IMG/VR virus record: IMGVR_UViG_3300009788_000006
Location: 1 to 64,000 of that record
DNA from: a virus
Reading direction: 5' to 3' (one strand)
Length of the DNA: 64,000 nucleotides
Shown here: in pieces, positions 1 through 9,288 of the stretch
Position numbering within the stretch: the first letter of the stretch is position 1
How the letters are laid out: each line of letters begins with the position of its first letter
Program-made: the position numbers and the translations under genes
The notes under the pieces: model-generated
The model's database searches: none
What the model was told of the DNA's origin: nothing
Seen by the model: only the letters and a program-made list of their open reading frames with translations

Positions 1-2
1 AG

Positions 3-305
3 ATGGCCATCTACACAGTGCCCCGGGGATTCACCTGCTATCTGACCGGCGCCCGTGTTGACAACGATGCCAACAAGTCCGCGAACTTCACCTGGTGGCG
101 TCGGCAGGCGGCTGACGATACTGCCGCACCTGTTGCCTCTTTCCGACACGTAGGGGAGCAGCGCGGCGTGGCCGGACCGGCCACCTGGCCGATCACGGCG
201 CCGATCGCATTCCCTGAGAAAACGGATATCTGGGTAGAGGCGGCCGGTAACGGTGGCGTAGCGGATGTTGCGGCCCGGTTCGAGTTGGCCTGCTTTCGGG
301 ATTAG
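3..305 (+). CDS. phage virion-associated protein, probably C-terminal part (runs off window edge)
   Basis: ORF at window start; YTVP...FPEKTDIWVEA pattern recalled from phage virion proteins; stop followed by AGGAG RBS of next gene. Confidence 0.55.
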   Translation: MAIYTVPRGFTCYLTGARVDNDANKSANFTWWRRQAADDTAAPVASFRHVGEQRGVAGPATWPITAPIAFPEKTDIWVEAAGNGGVADVAARFELACFRD

Positions 306-316
306 GAGTAAAACCT

Positions 317-1711
317 ATGAGCAAGACGCGAAAACTAGTCAACCGGTCGGCGGCGATCACTACCGCAGTGGTCATCCTTCTGGGTCTCGGCTTCCGATCA
401 TCTGGCCAGACCCGCCCGCCGTCGTCTTACGTAGTAGAGACTAGGGGGCCGTACAACTACCAGAAGGTGCTGGTCAACGCCTTCGACGGCCCGTCCTTGG
501 ACGCCTTCGGTCGCTGGCGGGTTTCGGAGCCGCAGACCCTATTCGATTCGAAGCTGATTGGCGTCGATGACGCGCCGCTGTTCTGGGACGAGCAACTCGA
601 AAGCGGTGGCGGGATCACCGCCTCGACACCGACGGCGGCAAAGCCGTATATTGATTTCACGTCCACGGATGTGACGGCTGGAGTCTTCACCCGGCAGACC
701 CGGATACGGCCGCACTACCAACCAGGGAAGTCGCAGAAGTTTCTGGCCACGGCTGTCCTCGAGCTCGCGTCCGGCACGCTCACAGGTGTCGAGCGCCGCG
801 TCGGGATGTTCGACGACAACAACGGATTCTTTTTCGAGTCTGACGCGGGCGTCATGGGGGTGACTCTCCGCTCGAATGATACCGGTACGCCGGCCGATAC
901 GACGTTTGTTCAGACCGCTTGGAACCTGGATAATATGGACGGCGACGGGGACAAACTCAACCCGTCCGGCATCACCTTGGACGAGACAAAAGCGCAAATC
1001 TACGTTGTCGATTATCAGTGGCTCGCCATCGGCCGGGTCCGATTTGGGATAGAGATTGGCGGTATCTTGACCTACGTCCACCAGTTCAGCCAGGGGAACG
1101 CATCAACAATCCCGTGGACATCGACCCCTAACCTGCCAGTTCGGTATCAGATGGTCACTACGGGCTCGTCGGGCGTTGCCTCGATGCGGGTGATTTGCTC
1201 TGCGGTCATCAGCGAGGGCGGGCAAGATCCGCTAGGGGTGACGACTCAGGTCTCTACCGCCGGCGCGTCAGTGACGACAGCGGTGGAGGATACCCTGTAT
1301 GCGGTCGTCGGTATCCGCCTCAAGTCGACCCATCTTGGCACCGCAGTCAGGGTCATCGACGTAGGGGTACAGATCCACACAGCCGCAGAATTCATCGAGT
1401 GGTGTTTGATGTGGAACCCGACCGTAGCGGACACCTTCGCGTATTCTGGCGTCACGAATTCGTCTCTTGAGAGAGCTCTGGGAGCAACTGCTAATACGAT
1501 CACCGGGGGCTATGTGATGGCCGGGGGCTACGCCGAAACCGGCGGCGGCAACGCCGGCGGCGGGACATCAACTAAGACTCTGGAGACCTCTCTGATGCTC
1601 GGGTCGCTCATCGACGGCACCCAGGACGAGATCGTGCTAGCGGTCCGTGCTATCGGCGGCGTGTCCGCGGTCACCCTCGAAGGGGCGATCAGCGTCAGGG
1701 AGAGCCTCTAG
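317..1711 (+). CDS. putative virion structural protein (beta-rich) with hydrophobic N-terminus
   Basis: 464 aa, AGGAG RBS; DAFGRWRVSEPQTLFDSK, YQPGKSQ and DYQWLAIGRVRFG motifs recalled from a widespread phage structural family. Confidence 0.65.
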   Translation: MSKTRKLVNRSAAITTAVVILLGLGFRSSGQTRPPSSYVVETRGPYNYQKVLVNAFDGPSLDAFGRWRVSEPQTLFDSKLIGVDDAPLFWDEQLESGGGITASTPTAAKPYIDFTSTDVTAGVFTRQTRIRPHYQPGKSQKFLATAVLELASGTLTGVERRVGMFDDNNGFFFESDAGVMGVTLRSNDTGTPADTTFVQTAWNLDNMDGDGDKLNPSGITLDETKAQIYVVDYQWLAIGRVRFGIEIGGILTYVHQFSQGNASTIPWTSTPNLPVRYQMVTTGSSGVASMRVICSAVISEGGQDPLGVTTQVSTAGASVTTAVEDTLYAVVGIRLKSTHLGTAVRVIDVGVQIHTAAEFIEWCLMWNPTVADTFAYSGVTNSSLERALGATANTITGGYVMAGGYAETGGGNAGGGTSTKTLETSLMLGSLIDGTQDEIVLAVRAIGGVSAVTLEGAISVRESL

Positions 1712-1756
1712 CCGACGGGACGGCGCGAAAGCGATTGTCGTCCAGTCCATCAGTGT

Positions 1757-2055
1757 TTACCTCACAGTGTCGACGCGCCTCGGGGCCGTCAGAGTCAAAG
1801 GATCGCCGACCATCCGACCCACTCGGCCGCTGTCAATTCGAGGAAGGTCTGCTGGGAGCTCATGTTCTGGCTGAGCTTTTCTCGGATTTCGTGGAGGTCC
1901 TCGGACTCTGTGGCGACGAGCACCCGGGATTTTTCTTCCGGGATGCCTTTCCCGGTTCCAGGGTCTGTCGAAAAGCGGTAAGTGATTCTCCAAATGTTCA
2001 TAGCGTCCCCTTCTCGAAGGTGCTCCCCGGTACTCTCCGGGGCCGGGTCGGGCAT
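1757..2055 (-). CDS. small hypothetical protein (ORF 1795-2055; real start probably downstream at MNIWRI)
   Basis: protein-like ORF coupled to upstream minus-strand gene, GGGAC/GAAGG RBS-like sequence. Confidence 0.4.
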
Positions 2056-2333
2056 CTATGCAGAAGCCCGTCAACGCAGATTCTGTCGTTGGTTTCACGG
2101 CATCCAACCTGCGACCCGCCTGCTCGCATCCGAGGCGTGAGCGTCTTGGAAAATAAGGAAGAGCGGAATAGATATTGGCAGCCAGTGCCAGGGTCAATCC
2201 AAATTCCTTGAGGCGGTGATATCTGGCGAGCCGAAAACAGCGGGTGGCCAGTTTCGTAGCTAACCCATATTGCTGGCGCGAAGAAGGCCCCTAAGAGTAG
2301 TAGAGTGCCGAGAATCACTTTCAGCTCTCTCAT
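1998..2333 (-). CDS. membrane-anchored small protein (DUF6440-like DPxTGCQYL motif)
   Basis: N-terminal TM segment; WIDPGTGCQYL...LTPR motif; ATGA overlap with upstream gene. Confidence 0.6.
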   Translation of the reverse strand: MRELKVILGTLLLLGAFFAPAIWVSYETGHPLFSARQISPPQGIWIDPGTGCQYLFRSSLFSKTLTPRMRAGGSQVGCRETNDRICVDGLLHRCPTRPRRVPGSTFEKGTL

Positions 2334-2710
2334 CGTCCCGGCACCCGCAAGAACAGCCGCTCCCCCTCGTGGCGCAGGACCTCGGCGCCGACGCTATGCG
2401 CCACAGAGAGCAGAGTGTCCGCTGGCTTGCCGAGCGGTGGCCACAGCCGCAGGGCCTGAAGGCACGACACGAGATCAACCCCGGCAGCTGCGGCCAGGTA
2501 CCTGATCGCCGTGCCGGTGGATCTTGACCCCTGCTCGATTTGCCGGAGGTGGTACTCGTCGAGCCAGTCCGGGCAGCTGTCCAGAGCAGCGGCCCGGTCG
2601 ATCACTTCGCGGCGCTTGATGATGGCGGCCCTTCCTTCGGCAACGCCGCGAGCCGCGAGGAAGAGTTGGGCCATGGACCGCCGATCCGCTACGTCGTGAG
2701 ATTGTGACAT
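2330..2710 (-). CDS. putative HTH DNA-binding protein, leaderless
   Basis: real start MSQSHD at 2710, 6 nt after TACAAT; YHLRQIEQG...YLAAAAGV resembles an XRE-type HTH. Confidence 0.5.
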   Translation of the reverse strand: MSQSHDVADRRSMAQLFLAARGVAEGRAAIIKRREVIDRAAALDSCPDWLDEYHLRQIEQGSRSTGTAIRYLAAAAGVDLVSCLQALRLWPPLGKPADTLLSVAHSVGAEVLRHEGERLFLRVPGR

Positions 2711-2716
2711 AGCGCT

Positions 2717-2761
2717 ATTGTATCTGGCGCGCTTGGCGCCCGTCAAGTGCGGGTCTATAAC
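2717..2761. promoter_or_regulatory. overlapping divergent sigma70-type promoters
   Basis: minus: TTGACG-18-TACAAT (2746-2717); plus: TTGGCG-17-TATAAC (2733-2761); each followed 6 nt later by ATG. Confidence 0.65.
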
Positions 2762-2767
2762 GGAGAT

Positions 2768-3610
2768 ATGGAAACGCACGCGCCTGTGCAGATTGATCTC
2801 CCGTATCTGAAAGCCGACCCGAGCGGCGCCCTGTTCAAGTCGGCCGTCAGCGCAGAGTTCAAGGTTACCGCCGCCGAGGGCATCGTCGAGGGCTACGCCG
2901 CCACCTGGGACCGCGACCTCGGCGGTGACCGATTCGAGAAGGGCGCCTTCCGCGACATCATCAAAGCGGACTTCCCGCAGAACCGGATCAAGATCTACCG
3001 CGAGCATCGTCAGGCGATCGGCCTGCCCGTTGAGCTCAAGGAAGACGGCGAAGGGCTGTTCGTCCGCGCCGAGATCGTCCCGGGGGACACCGTTGACGGC
3101 GATGAGACTCTCAATCTTGCCGACCGCAAGGTCTACGACGCTTTCTCGGTTTGCTGGGTGCCGGATCGCAAGACGCTTCGGATTGAGAACAACGGCGGCG
3201 AGCGAACCCGGGTGATCCCGAAAGTCGCTGCCCTGCCGCACATCGGCATTCTTGCCGATCCAATGAACCCGCAAGCAGTGGTGACCGCGGTCAAGTCCGT
3301 CGAGCCGATCGAAATCCTTGAGCGCCTGGACAAGATCGAGGCGCTGATCAAGCCCGCAGATCCGGTCCAGCTCAAAACCCTGTGGGACCTCGTCGCCGGG
3401 GTCGACGCCCTGGCAGTGCTCGAAGGGATTCGCCAGTGGGGCGAGCTGACGGAAGACGAAGCCGCAATGGCCCGCGAGCTCATCGACCACCTGGTCTCGA
3501 TCACCGAAGAGGCAGAGAAGCGCTTGCCGAGCTGCCGCCAAGAGATCCCCCCGGGTCTTACCGGTCTCTTGGCAAAAATGTCCGATTACGCAAACGACTT
3601 GAGGAACTGA
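2768..3610 (+). CDS. HK97-family prohead maturation protease
   Basis: VEGYAATW, DLGGDRFEKGAF, EH...IG, EDGEGLFV, PMNPQA motifs; directly upstream of capsid gene. Confidence 0.9.
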   Translation: METHAPVQIDLPYLKADPSGALFKSAVSAEFKVTAAEGIVEGYAATWDRDLGGDRFEKGAFRDIIKADFPQNRIKIYREHRQAIGLPVELKEDGEGLFVRAEIVPGDTVDGDETLNLADRKVYDAFSVCWVPDRKTLRIENNGGERTRVIPKVAALPHIGILADPMNPQAVVTAVKSVEPIEILERLDKIEALIKPADPVQLKTLWDLVAGVDALAVLEGIRQWGELTEDEAAMARELIDHLVSITEEAEKRLPSCRQEIPPGLTGLLAKMSDYANDLRN

Positions 3611-3613
3611 CCA

Positions 3614-4888
3614 ATGGCAGAACCGAAAACTTTGGAAGAGGCGGTCGAGCTTCAGAACAAGGCGTTCGACGAGTTCAAGCTCGCCGACAAGAAACGAGAC
3701 GACGAGATCAAGGCGCTCGGCAAAGCCAACGGCGAGACGCTTGAGCGCCTTGCGAAGACCGAAGCGGATCTCGAAAAGTCCGACGACGCGCTGAACAAGA
3801 TTCAGGCCGAGCTCGGCGCTTTTGCCGCGATGAAGGAAGAGCTCGAAACCAAGCTCCAGAAGTTCGAGCGCTCAGGGTCGCCGAAGGACGAACCCGTCAC
3901 CTTCGAGGATCAGTACGCCGACGCGTACCAGAAGTGGATGCGTGGCGGCGGTGAGAAGATGCGCGGTCGCTGGAAGATGACGGCCGAGGATCTCGAGATT
4001 CTTGAGCGCGGCGCGGAAGAGAAGTCCCTTTCGACCGACAGCGGTGAAGATGGCGGGTATGCAATGCCGGCCCCGCAGCGAATGGCGATGATCGAGAAGC
4101 TGATTGAGTTCAGCCCAATCGAGGAGCTGGCCAACATCGAAGTGATCTCAATCGGGGATTCCGCCGAGGTTTTGGCAGACGGAGTGCAGGATTTCGCCTG
4201 CGAGTGGGTCTCTGAGAGAGAGAGTCGGGGCGAAACCGCGGCGGCTCAGCTGCGCAGAGTACTCATCACGGCGCACGAGATTTACGCGAACCCGTTCATC
4301 ACCCGCAAGGCGCTGGACGACCCTGCAACGGATTTGGCAGCGTGGATCAATCGCCGCCTCTCGAAGAGGTTTGCCGTCAAAACCGGGACCGCCTATGCAA
4401 TTGGCAGTGGTGACGGGCAGCCCGGCGGCATCGCCACCAACACGGCCGCACAGACAGACTCGGTGGTCTCAGGCCACGCCTCGCAACTCACCGGCGATGG
4501 TCTTATCGACCTCTACTACGACCTCCCTGAGATCTATGCGCGGGCCGCTACTTGGGTCCTTCGCCGAGCCACCCTGCGAGATATCCGCAAGCTGAAGGCG
4601 TCTGGCACCGGCGAGTATCTCTTCACGCCAGCCACTACCGCCACCCCGCCGGCCATCCTGGAGCGTCCGTATCGCGAAGCGCTCGACATGCCCGCGGTCA
4701 GCGCTGGCACCTACCCGATCGCCTTTGGCGACATTGAGGCCGCGTACACCGTGGCACGGCGGCAGGATGTATTCCAGATCCGCGACGCGCTGACCAATAA
4801 GCCGTTTGTCGGGTTCTACACCACGCTGCGCCGCGGCGGCGAGGTTGTGTTGGTCGAAGCGTACCGGCTTCAGAAGATCTCGACGTAA
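3614..4888 (+). CDS. HK97-fold major capsid protein
   Basis: coiled-coil delta domain, EDGGYAMP, WVSE, GSGDGQPGGI, IAFGD, KPFVGFYTTLRRGG motifs. Confidence 0.95.
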   Translation: MAEPKTLEEAVELQNKAFDEFKLADKKRDDEIKALGKANGETLERLAKTEADLEKSDDALNKIQAELGAFAAMKEELETKLQKFERSGSPKDEPVTFEDQYADAYQKWMRGGGEKMRGRWKMTAEDLEILERGAEEKSLSTDSGEDGGYAMPAPQRMAMIEKLIEFSPIEELANIEVISIGDSAEVLADGVQDFACEWVSERESRGETAAAQLRRVLITAHEIYANPFITRKALDDPATDLAAWINRRLSKRFAVKTGTAYAIGSGDGQPGGIATNTAAQTDSVVSGHASQLTGDGLIDLYYDLPEIYARAATWVLRRATLRDIRKLKASGTGEYLFTPATTATPPAILERPYREALDMPAVSAGTYPIAFGDIEAAYTVARRQDVFQIRDALTNKPFVGFYTTLRRGGEVVLVEAYRLQKIST

Positions 4889-4900
4889 GGAGTCTGGATC

Positions 4901-5809
4901 ATGACAGCAGCAAACACCGAAGGCTTTCAGTACAGCGGCAGTGGGGCCGCGCCGTTCACCCCGTACACCACCGATACCGGGGTGACCGTCTTCCCTGCTG
5001 GTGGGACGGCCCAGATTGACGGAGACCTGGTTCTGAGTGTGGGCGCAACGCTCAAGCCCGAGGGCTCGACCAACGGCATTGATTTCTCGAGCCTTGTGCC
5101 GGGCACCAACACCGACGGCAGCCTGATCAAAGCGGCGACCAACGGCAGCCGCATCCCGTTCTCGACGGCGGGCCAGCGCGGGATGGCCATCTTCATGGAC
5201 AACACCGCGACGTCGGGCACATTCACGGGGATAAGGCTCCGGAGCGGAGTGAATCCCTCCAGCGGCGCCAACTCGGTTGACAACTTGCTCTCGCAGGTCT
5301 CGGTCGAAAGCGGCAAGAATGCGACCACGGTCAACGTGTGTTTCTTTGAGCTGATCCCGAAGGGGACGAACACGATCACCACCGGCCGGGTCCTGCTGCT
5401 GAATGCCGACAGCGCCGCATCACAGACGATGACCACGCAGATCATCGCTCATCTTCGGGTGCATACCCGCGGCGATGAGACCATCACGAACGACGAGATG
5501 CTGCGCATCGAAAACGAGGCCGTCGGCGGCAACGGGCGGAAGCTGGATTCCTACATCCGCGTCATGGAAACCAACCTCAGCGGCGGAATCACCGGCGCGG
5601 ACTACCTCATCGACGGCGGGACTGGAACGTCGCTCCTTGGTACTGCGGTGCTGCGCCTCCCCGATGACGGGACTGTTGCCAACGACACCGACACCGGCAG
5701 CGCTACGGATCTTCAGTTCTCCGACTTCACCGGGTTTCTCACGGTCGTCGTGGGATCGGCAACTCGGTATATCCCATTGCTTACCAACAAGCCGAGCGAC
5801 CTAACCTAA
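4901..5809 (+). CDS. putative head fibre/decoration protein
   Basis: AGGAG RBS; immediately after MCP; Gly/Thr/Ser-rich beta-type sequence. Confidence 0.55.
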   Translation: MTAANTEGFQYSGSGAAPFTPYTTDTGVTVFPAGGTAQIDGDLVLSVGATLKPEGSTNGIDFSSLVPGTNTDGSLIKAATNGSRIPFSTAGQRGMAIFMDNTATSGTFTGIRLRSGVNPSSGANSVDNLLSQVSVESGKNATTVNVCFFELIPKGTNTITTGRVLLLNADSAASQTMTTQIIAHLRVHTRGDETITNDEMLRIENEAVGGNGRKLDSYIRVMETNLSGGITGADYLIDGGTGTSLLGTAVLRLPDDGTVANDTDTGSATDLQFSDFTGFLTVVVGSATRYIPLLTNKPSDLT

Positions 5810-5823
5810 GCGCAGAGAAATCT

Positions 5824-6018
5824 ATGGACCTCGTCACAACTATCCGGCCCTCCAGTACAAAGCTAACGGGCGAAGAAGGCGGAATCGTGGCCGCCGCTGG
5901 GCAAGTGCTGACGATCGAGACATCGCCCGGAGGTGCCGAAATCTTGCAACAGACCGTCCCGGTCGGGAAACAATGGACGGCACATATCGCGGTGTCGATT
6001 GATGAGGTGGACGCATGA
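5824..6018 (+). CDS. hypothetical virion-module protein
   Basis: short protein-like ORF coupled (ATGA) to next gene. Confidence 0.6.
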   Translation: MDLVTTIRPSSTKLTGEEGGIVAAAGQVLTIETSPGGAEILQQTVPVGKQWTAHIAVSIDEVDA

Positions 6019-6239
6019 CTGCTCTGACGGCGACGCTTGAGGATTTGCAAGCTCGTCTCTTGAAAGTCAAGGAAAGTCACGGGAACGTGCTGGCAAACCT
6101 CCACGCGCATAACGGCAGCATCGAAGAGCTAGAGAGACTGATCACCGCCGAGGCCGAACGGGAACAGGGCGAGGAAGAGACGCCAACCCCCAAGCTCGTG
6201 GCCGCGGCAGCCCCCAAGAGGAAAGCCGCGACCTCGTAA
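6015..6239 (+). CDS. small coiled-coil protein (possible fibre chaperone)
   Basis: GAGG RBS; heptad pattern LEDLQARL...IEELERL. Confidence 0.6.
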   Translation: MTALTATLEDLQARLLKVKESHGNVLANLHAHNGSIEELERLITAEAEREQGEEETPTPKLVAAAAPKRKAATS

Positions 6240-6274
6240 GGACATCCGACAACCCTTTAGACAGGAGCCTACTG

Positions 6275-6700
6275 ATGGCGATGACAGCTCAAGACCTCGA
6301 ATCAAAGATCAAGGAAGTCCACGCGCTCGCGCCTGTGGCGATTACCACCGACACCACCACCAACGGGGAGATCATCGACACCGCGGGCTGGCGGTCGCTG
6401 ACGTTCATTCCCTACGCCGGCGTCGTGACCGACGGCACCTACACTCCGGCACTCAAACACTCGGACAGCGCGACCATGGTGGGCGAGGTGGTGGTGCCTG
6501 ACGCTGACTTGCTCCCGTCCGGCACTGGCCAGGAAGCCACGGCGGTGGTTTCGGCCACTAACGGGACTTCGAAGATCGGCTACCGGGGCGACAAGCGCTA
6601 TGTCACCTGTGACATCGTCTCGGCGTCAACCAGCTCGGGCGTTGCTGGCTTTGCCGTCCTTGCGATCCAGAGCGGCGCGGTGGATGAGCCGATTGCCTGA
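6275..6700 (+). CDS. putative capsid accessory/decoration protein
   Basis: AGGAG RBS; NGEIIDTAGW, HSD, KIGYRGDKRYV motifs typical of the small gene following HK97 MCPs. Confidence 0.75.
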   Translation: MAMTAQDLESKIKEVHALAPVAITTDTTTNGEIIDTAGWRSLTFIPYAGVVTDGTYTPALKHSDSATMVGEVVVPDADLLPSGTGQEATAVVSATNGTSKIGYRGDKRYVTCDIVSASTSSGVAGFAVLAIQSGAVDEPIA

Positions 6701-6810
6701 TGCTGAGTGACGGGAAGGAGAGGCCAGGATTCGCGCTTTCGGCATCCGAGGGCGCAATCACTTCCGACCCGCAACTGATGGAGCTCCAACCAGGAGCAAA
6801 AGGAGACGCG

Positions 6811-7125
6811 ATGGAGACCAAGATTCGAATTCTGAAGCCCTGCGAGGGCTCTTTGGACGGCATCAACGTAACGGCTTTTGCTCCTGGCGAGGAGGTCACC
6901 TGCGCGACCGCCAACGCTCGATGGCTGGCCGGCTATTTCATCAGCGCGGAGTTTGCCGAGATCGCGGCGGAAGCTCCTCAGCCGCAAGAGACTCCGGCGG
7001 CAGAACCCGACCCGGACCCAGAACCGGCGCCGGCGCCGGCTGATGCAACCCCCGAGCCTGTCGCGATTGACCCGCCTCTCGACAAACAACGGCCACCGCC
7101 GAAACGCTGGAAGCGAAAGAAGTAA
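6811..7125 (+). CDS. hypothetical head-associated protein, Pro-rich linker and basic tail
   Basis: AAGGAG RBS before ATG 6811; typical small gene before the connector. Confidence 0.65.
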   Translation: METKIRILKPCEGSLDGINVTAFAPGEEVTCATANARWLAGYFISAEFAEIAAEAPQPQETPAAEPDPDPEPAPAPADATPEPVAIDPPLDKQRPPPKRWKRKK

Positions 7126-7130
7126 TCAGG

Positions 7131-7769
7131 ATGGCGCTTGTAGCTGCGGCAACACTGGCGACCTATACCGGGTCCTCGGATACGGTGACCATCGCCCAGA
7201 TCAGCAGCGCCGTCGAGCTGTGGTTGCAGGGCTGGATTCCTCGCTATCTCGGCACGTCGACCACACTGACCGAGGTCCATGATGGTCCGCAGCGAGACCA
7301 TGCCCGGATCACTCCGCGCGCGAGCAGTGAGCGCCTACGCTCACTCTGGCTACAAGAGGAGATCGCCATCGGCTCTTTGGTGAGCGTCAAGCACCGGACG
7401 ACTCCAGACGCATCCTTTCTGGATCTGTCAGTCGACAGTGCCGGCGATGCCGACTTGACGGATTTCGAGATCCGTGGACCGTTCGCTCACTCCACGAGTG
7501 GCCGGCAGTTGGTCAGGCTCGGCCAGACGTTTCCCAACGGCCGGGGCAACCTGCAAATCAAGTACACGCACGGATACGTGGAAGATGCCGGCCCGGCAGA
7601 TGTCACCTACGCAGTGCTGGCCTTGACCAAGGCGCTGTTGGAGGCGAAGACGGCTGGCAACCTGAAATCTGAGCGAGTCGAGGGCGTGGCCTGGACCTAC
7701 TCGGAGTTAGCGTCCATGCCGGGCGTCAGCGTCACGATGCTGACCGATCTTCGCCGGAGGTCTTTCTAA
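7131..7769 (+). CDS. head-tail connector (adaptor) protein
   Basis: TEVHDG, FPNGRGNLQIKYTHGY...PADV...LKSERVEGVAWTY motifs; position. Confidence 0.8.
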   Translation: MALVAAATLATYTGSSDTVTIAQISSAVELWLQGWIPRYLGTSTTLTEVHDGPQRDHARITPRASSERLRSLWLQEEIAIGSLVSVKHRTTPDASFLDLSVDSAGDADLTDFEIRGPFAHSTSGRQLVRLGQTFPNGRGNLQIKYTHGYVEDAGPADVTYAVLALTKALLEAKTAGNLKSERVEGVAWTYSELASMPGVSVTMLTDLRRRSF

Positions 7770-8356
7770 TGGACAGCGCCGCGGCCATGGCTTCTGTAAG
7801 CCGGTCGATCACTCGCGGCGGCAAGCTTGCCCTCTCGCTCTCTCGTGAGATCGATAAGCTGCACGATCCCGTCAAAGGGGAGCCGGTGCCGCTGGAGGCG
7901 TCTGGCGCTCACCTGATCAGCGCGACCACGCTGACGATCGCCCCACAGGCTACGTGGGCCTTCCGCGGTGCGGTTGAGAGCGGCGCTGCGGTTGCCGTCG
8001 CGGGCCATGCTACGGCCTACGCTACGACTGTCAGAGCGGCTGTGGACGATACGTCGCCCGCCACCCTGGCGCTCACGATCACGCCGGGGCTCGAGGCCGC
8101 GCTTGTGGGCGCTGAGGTCGTCACCATCACCGAGGCTGCGGTGGTCGCTTACGACGCCCGCAAGGTCAGCGATGCCAAGGCCGTGCAGCGCGGCTGGCCG
8201 GTGAAAGCCGGATCGGGCGTCTACCTGATCGACCATGAGGACAAGCGAGTTCCAGACGGTGGGGACATCGCTTCCGGCGCCCATGTCGGCTCCGTGGCCA
8301 ATGTCGACACCGCTCCGTTTCCCTATTCAATTACGCAGATCGGAGGCGCCGCGTGA
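7769..8356 (+). CDS. putative head-closure protein
   Basis: TAATG coupling to connector; synteny. Confidence 0.55.
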   Translation: MDSAAAMASVSRSITRGGKLALSLSREIDKLHDPVKGEPVPLEASGAHLISATTLTIAPQATWAFRGAVESGAAVAVAGHATAYATTVRAAVDDTSPATLALTITPGLEAALVGAEVVTITEAAVVAYDARKVSDAKAVQRGWPVKAGSGVYLIDHEDKRVPDGGDIASGAHVGSVANVDTAPFPYSITQIGGAA

Positions 8357-8796
8357 ACCGTCGTGAAGCACTGACCACTATTCCGGTGGCAGCTACCGCG
8401 GTTGCGTGGGGCATGAGCACGACCGCCGAGCCCTATCCCGGCAGGATTGAGGCTGGAGACCAAGAGCTCGCCGCCGCCGGCCTATTGCCATGCCGGGTCT
8501 ATATCGATGGCGAATACATCAGAAACGTCACGTGGGTTGAGCCCGCTACCGGCCGGGTCTGCATCATTGGCAAGACTGTCGAGGTGAGAACCGCCACCAA
8601 CCCGAGATGGCACGATCTTTCCGAGGATCAACTGGCTCCTGGATGGCGCGACAAGATCCTCGAAGACCGCCTGCCGACCAAAGAGATCCGAGTCAGCCCG
8701 GCAAGCATTCGCATGGAGCCTCTCCCCTTGTCAAGGACCGATGAGCGTGTCCTTGGGGGCATCATGAACGAGAAGATCGGAGGCGCAGCGTGAACC
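8337..8796 (+). repeat. 23-bp direct repeat (22/23 identical) flanking one gene
   Basis: AGATCGGAGGCGC(C/A)GCGTGAACC at 8337-8359 and 8774-8796. Confidence 0.9.
8353..8793 (+). CDS. hypothetical protein (inserted cassette)
   Basis: GGAGG RBS plus GTG; N-terminus MNRREAL resembles a twin-arginine leader. Confidence 0.65.
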   Translation: MNRREALTTIPVAATAVAWGMSTTAEPYPGRIEAGDQELAAAGLLPCRVYIDGEYIRNVTWVEPATGRVCIIGKTVEVRTATNPRWHDLSEDQLAPGWRDKILEDRLPTKEIRVSPASIRMEPLPLSRTDERVLGGIMNEKIGGAA

Positions 8797-8819
8797 CACT
8801 AACCTCGAAGGAGACCCAG

Positions 8820-9281
8820 ATGACAGACCCAAAGCCCCAGCCCCAACAGAGCAAGGTAAAGCTGCCGGTCCCGGCCGCAGCGTCAGACAATGGGCTGTCC
8901 CTTGAGCTGACTGACACCGCCTGGCAAGGCCGCCACTTGGCGCTTTCTGGGACGGTTGCAGGGTTGAAGGCTAAGACGGCGGCGCTCTCTCTTGAATCGC
9001 TGTTCTTCAAGACGGCGGCAGGCTGGGTTGAGATGGCTGGCGGCGAGGTGCTCTTCAAAACCTTCACTGCCGTCCCGAAGGGTGTCAACGCCGATGAGTC
9101 AGTGATCCTGACCCTCGCCGAGGACGGAACCTTTTTCGTCCGCAACGATTCCGGGCGTTCCGGGGCCGGCGGCTCTGAGGTCGGGACATGGCTCATGAAA
9201 GTGAAGCACGGGAACAGCACCGCCGAGGTCCAGTTCGAACATGACCCTGACGCCGTCTGCCCGTTGAAACCAACCAGCTGA
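8820..9281 (+). CDS. hypothetical protein
   Basis: AAGGAG RBS before ATG 8820 (alternative GTG 8790). Confidence 0.65.
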   Translation: MTDPKPQPQQSKVKLPVPAAASDNGLSLELTDTAWQGRHLALSGTVAGLKAKTAALSLESLFFKTAAGWVEMAGGEVLFKTFTAVPKGVNADESVILTLAEDGTFFVRNDSGRSGAGGSEVGTWLMKVKHGNSTAEVQFEHDPDAVCPLKPTS

Positions 9282-9288
9282 GAGCTAG

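Noticed and set aside
2711-3541. N-terminal two-thirds of the 403-aa minus ORF 2330-3541
   Set aside because: Antisense shadow of the protease gene; the real gene starts at 2710 behind its own promoter
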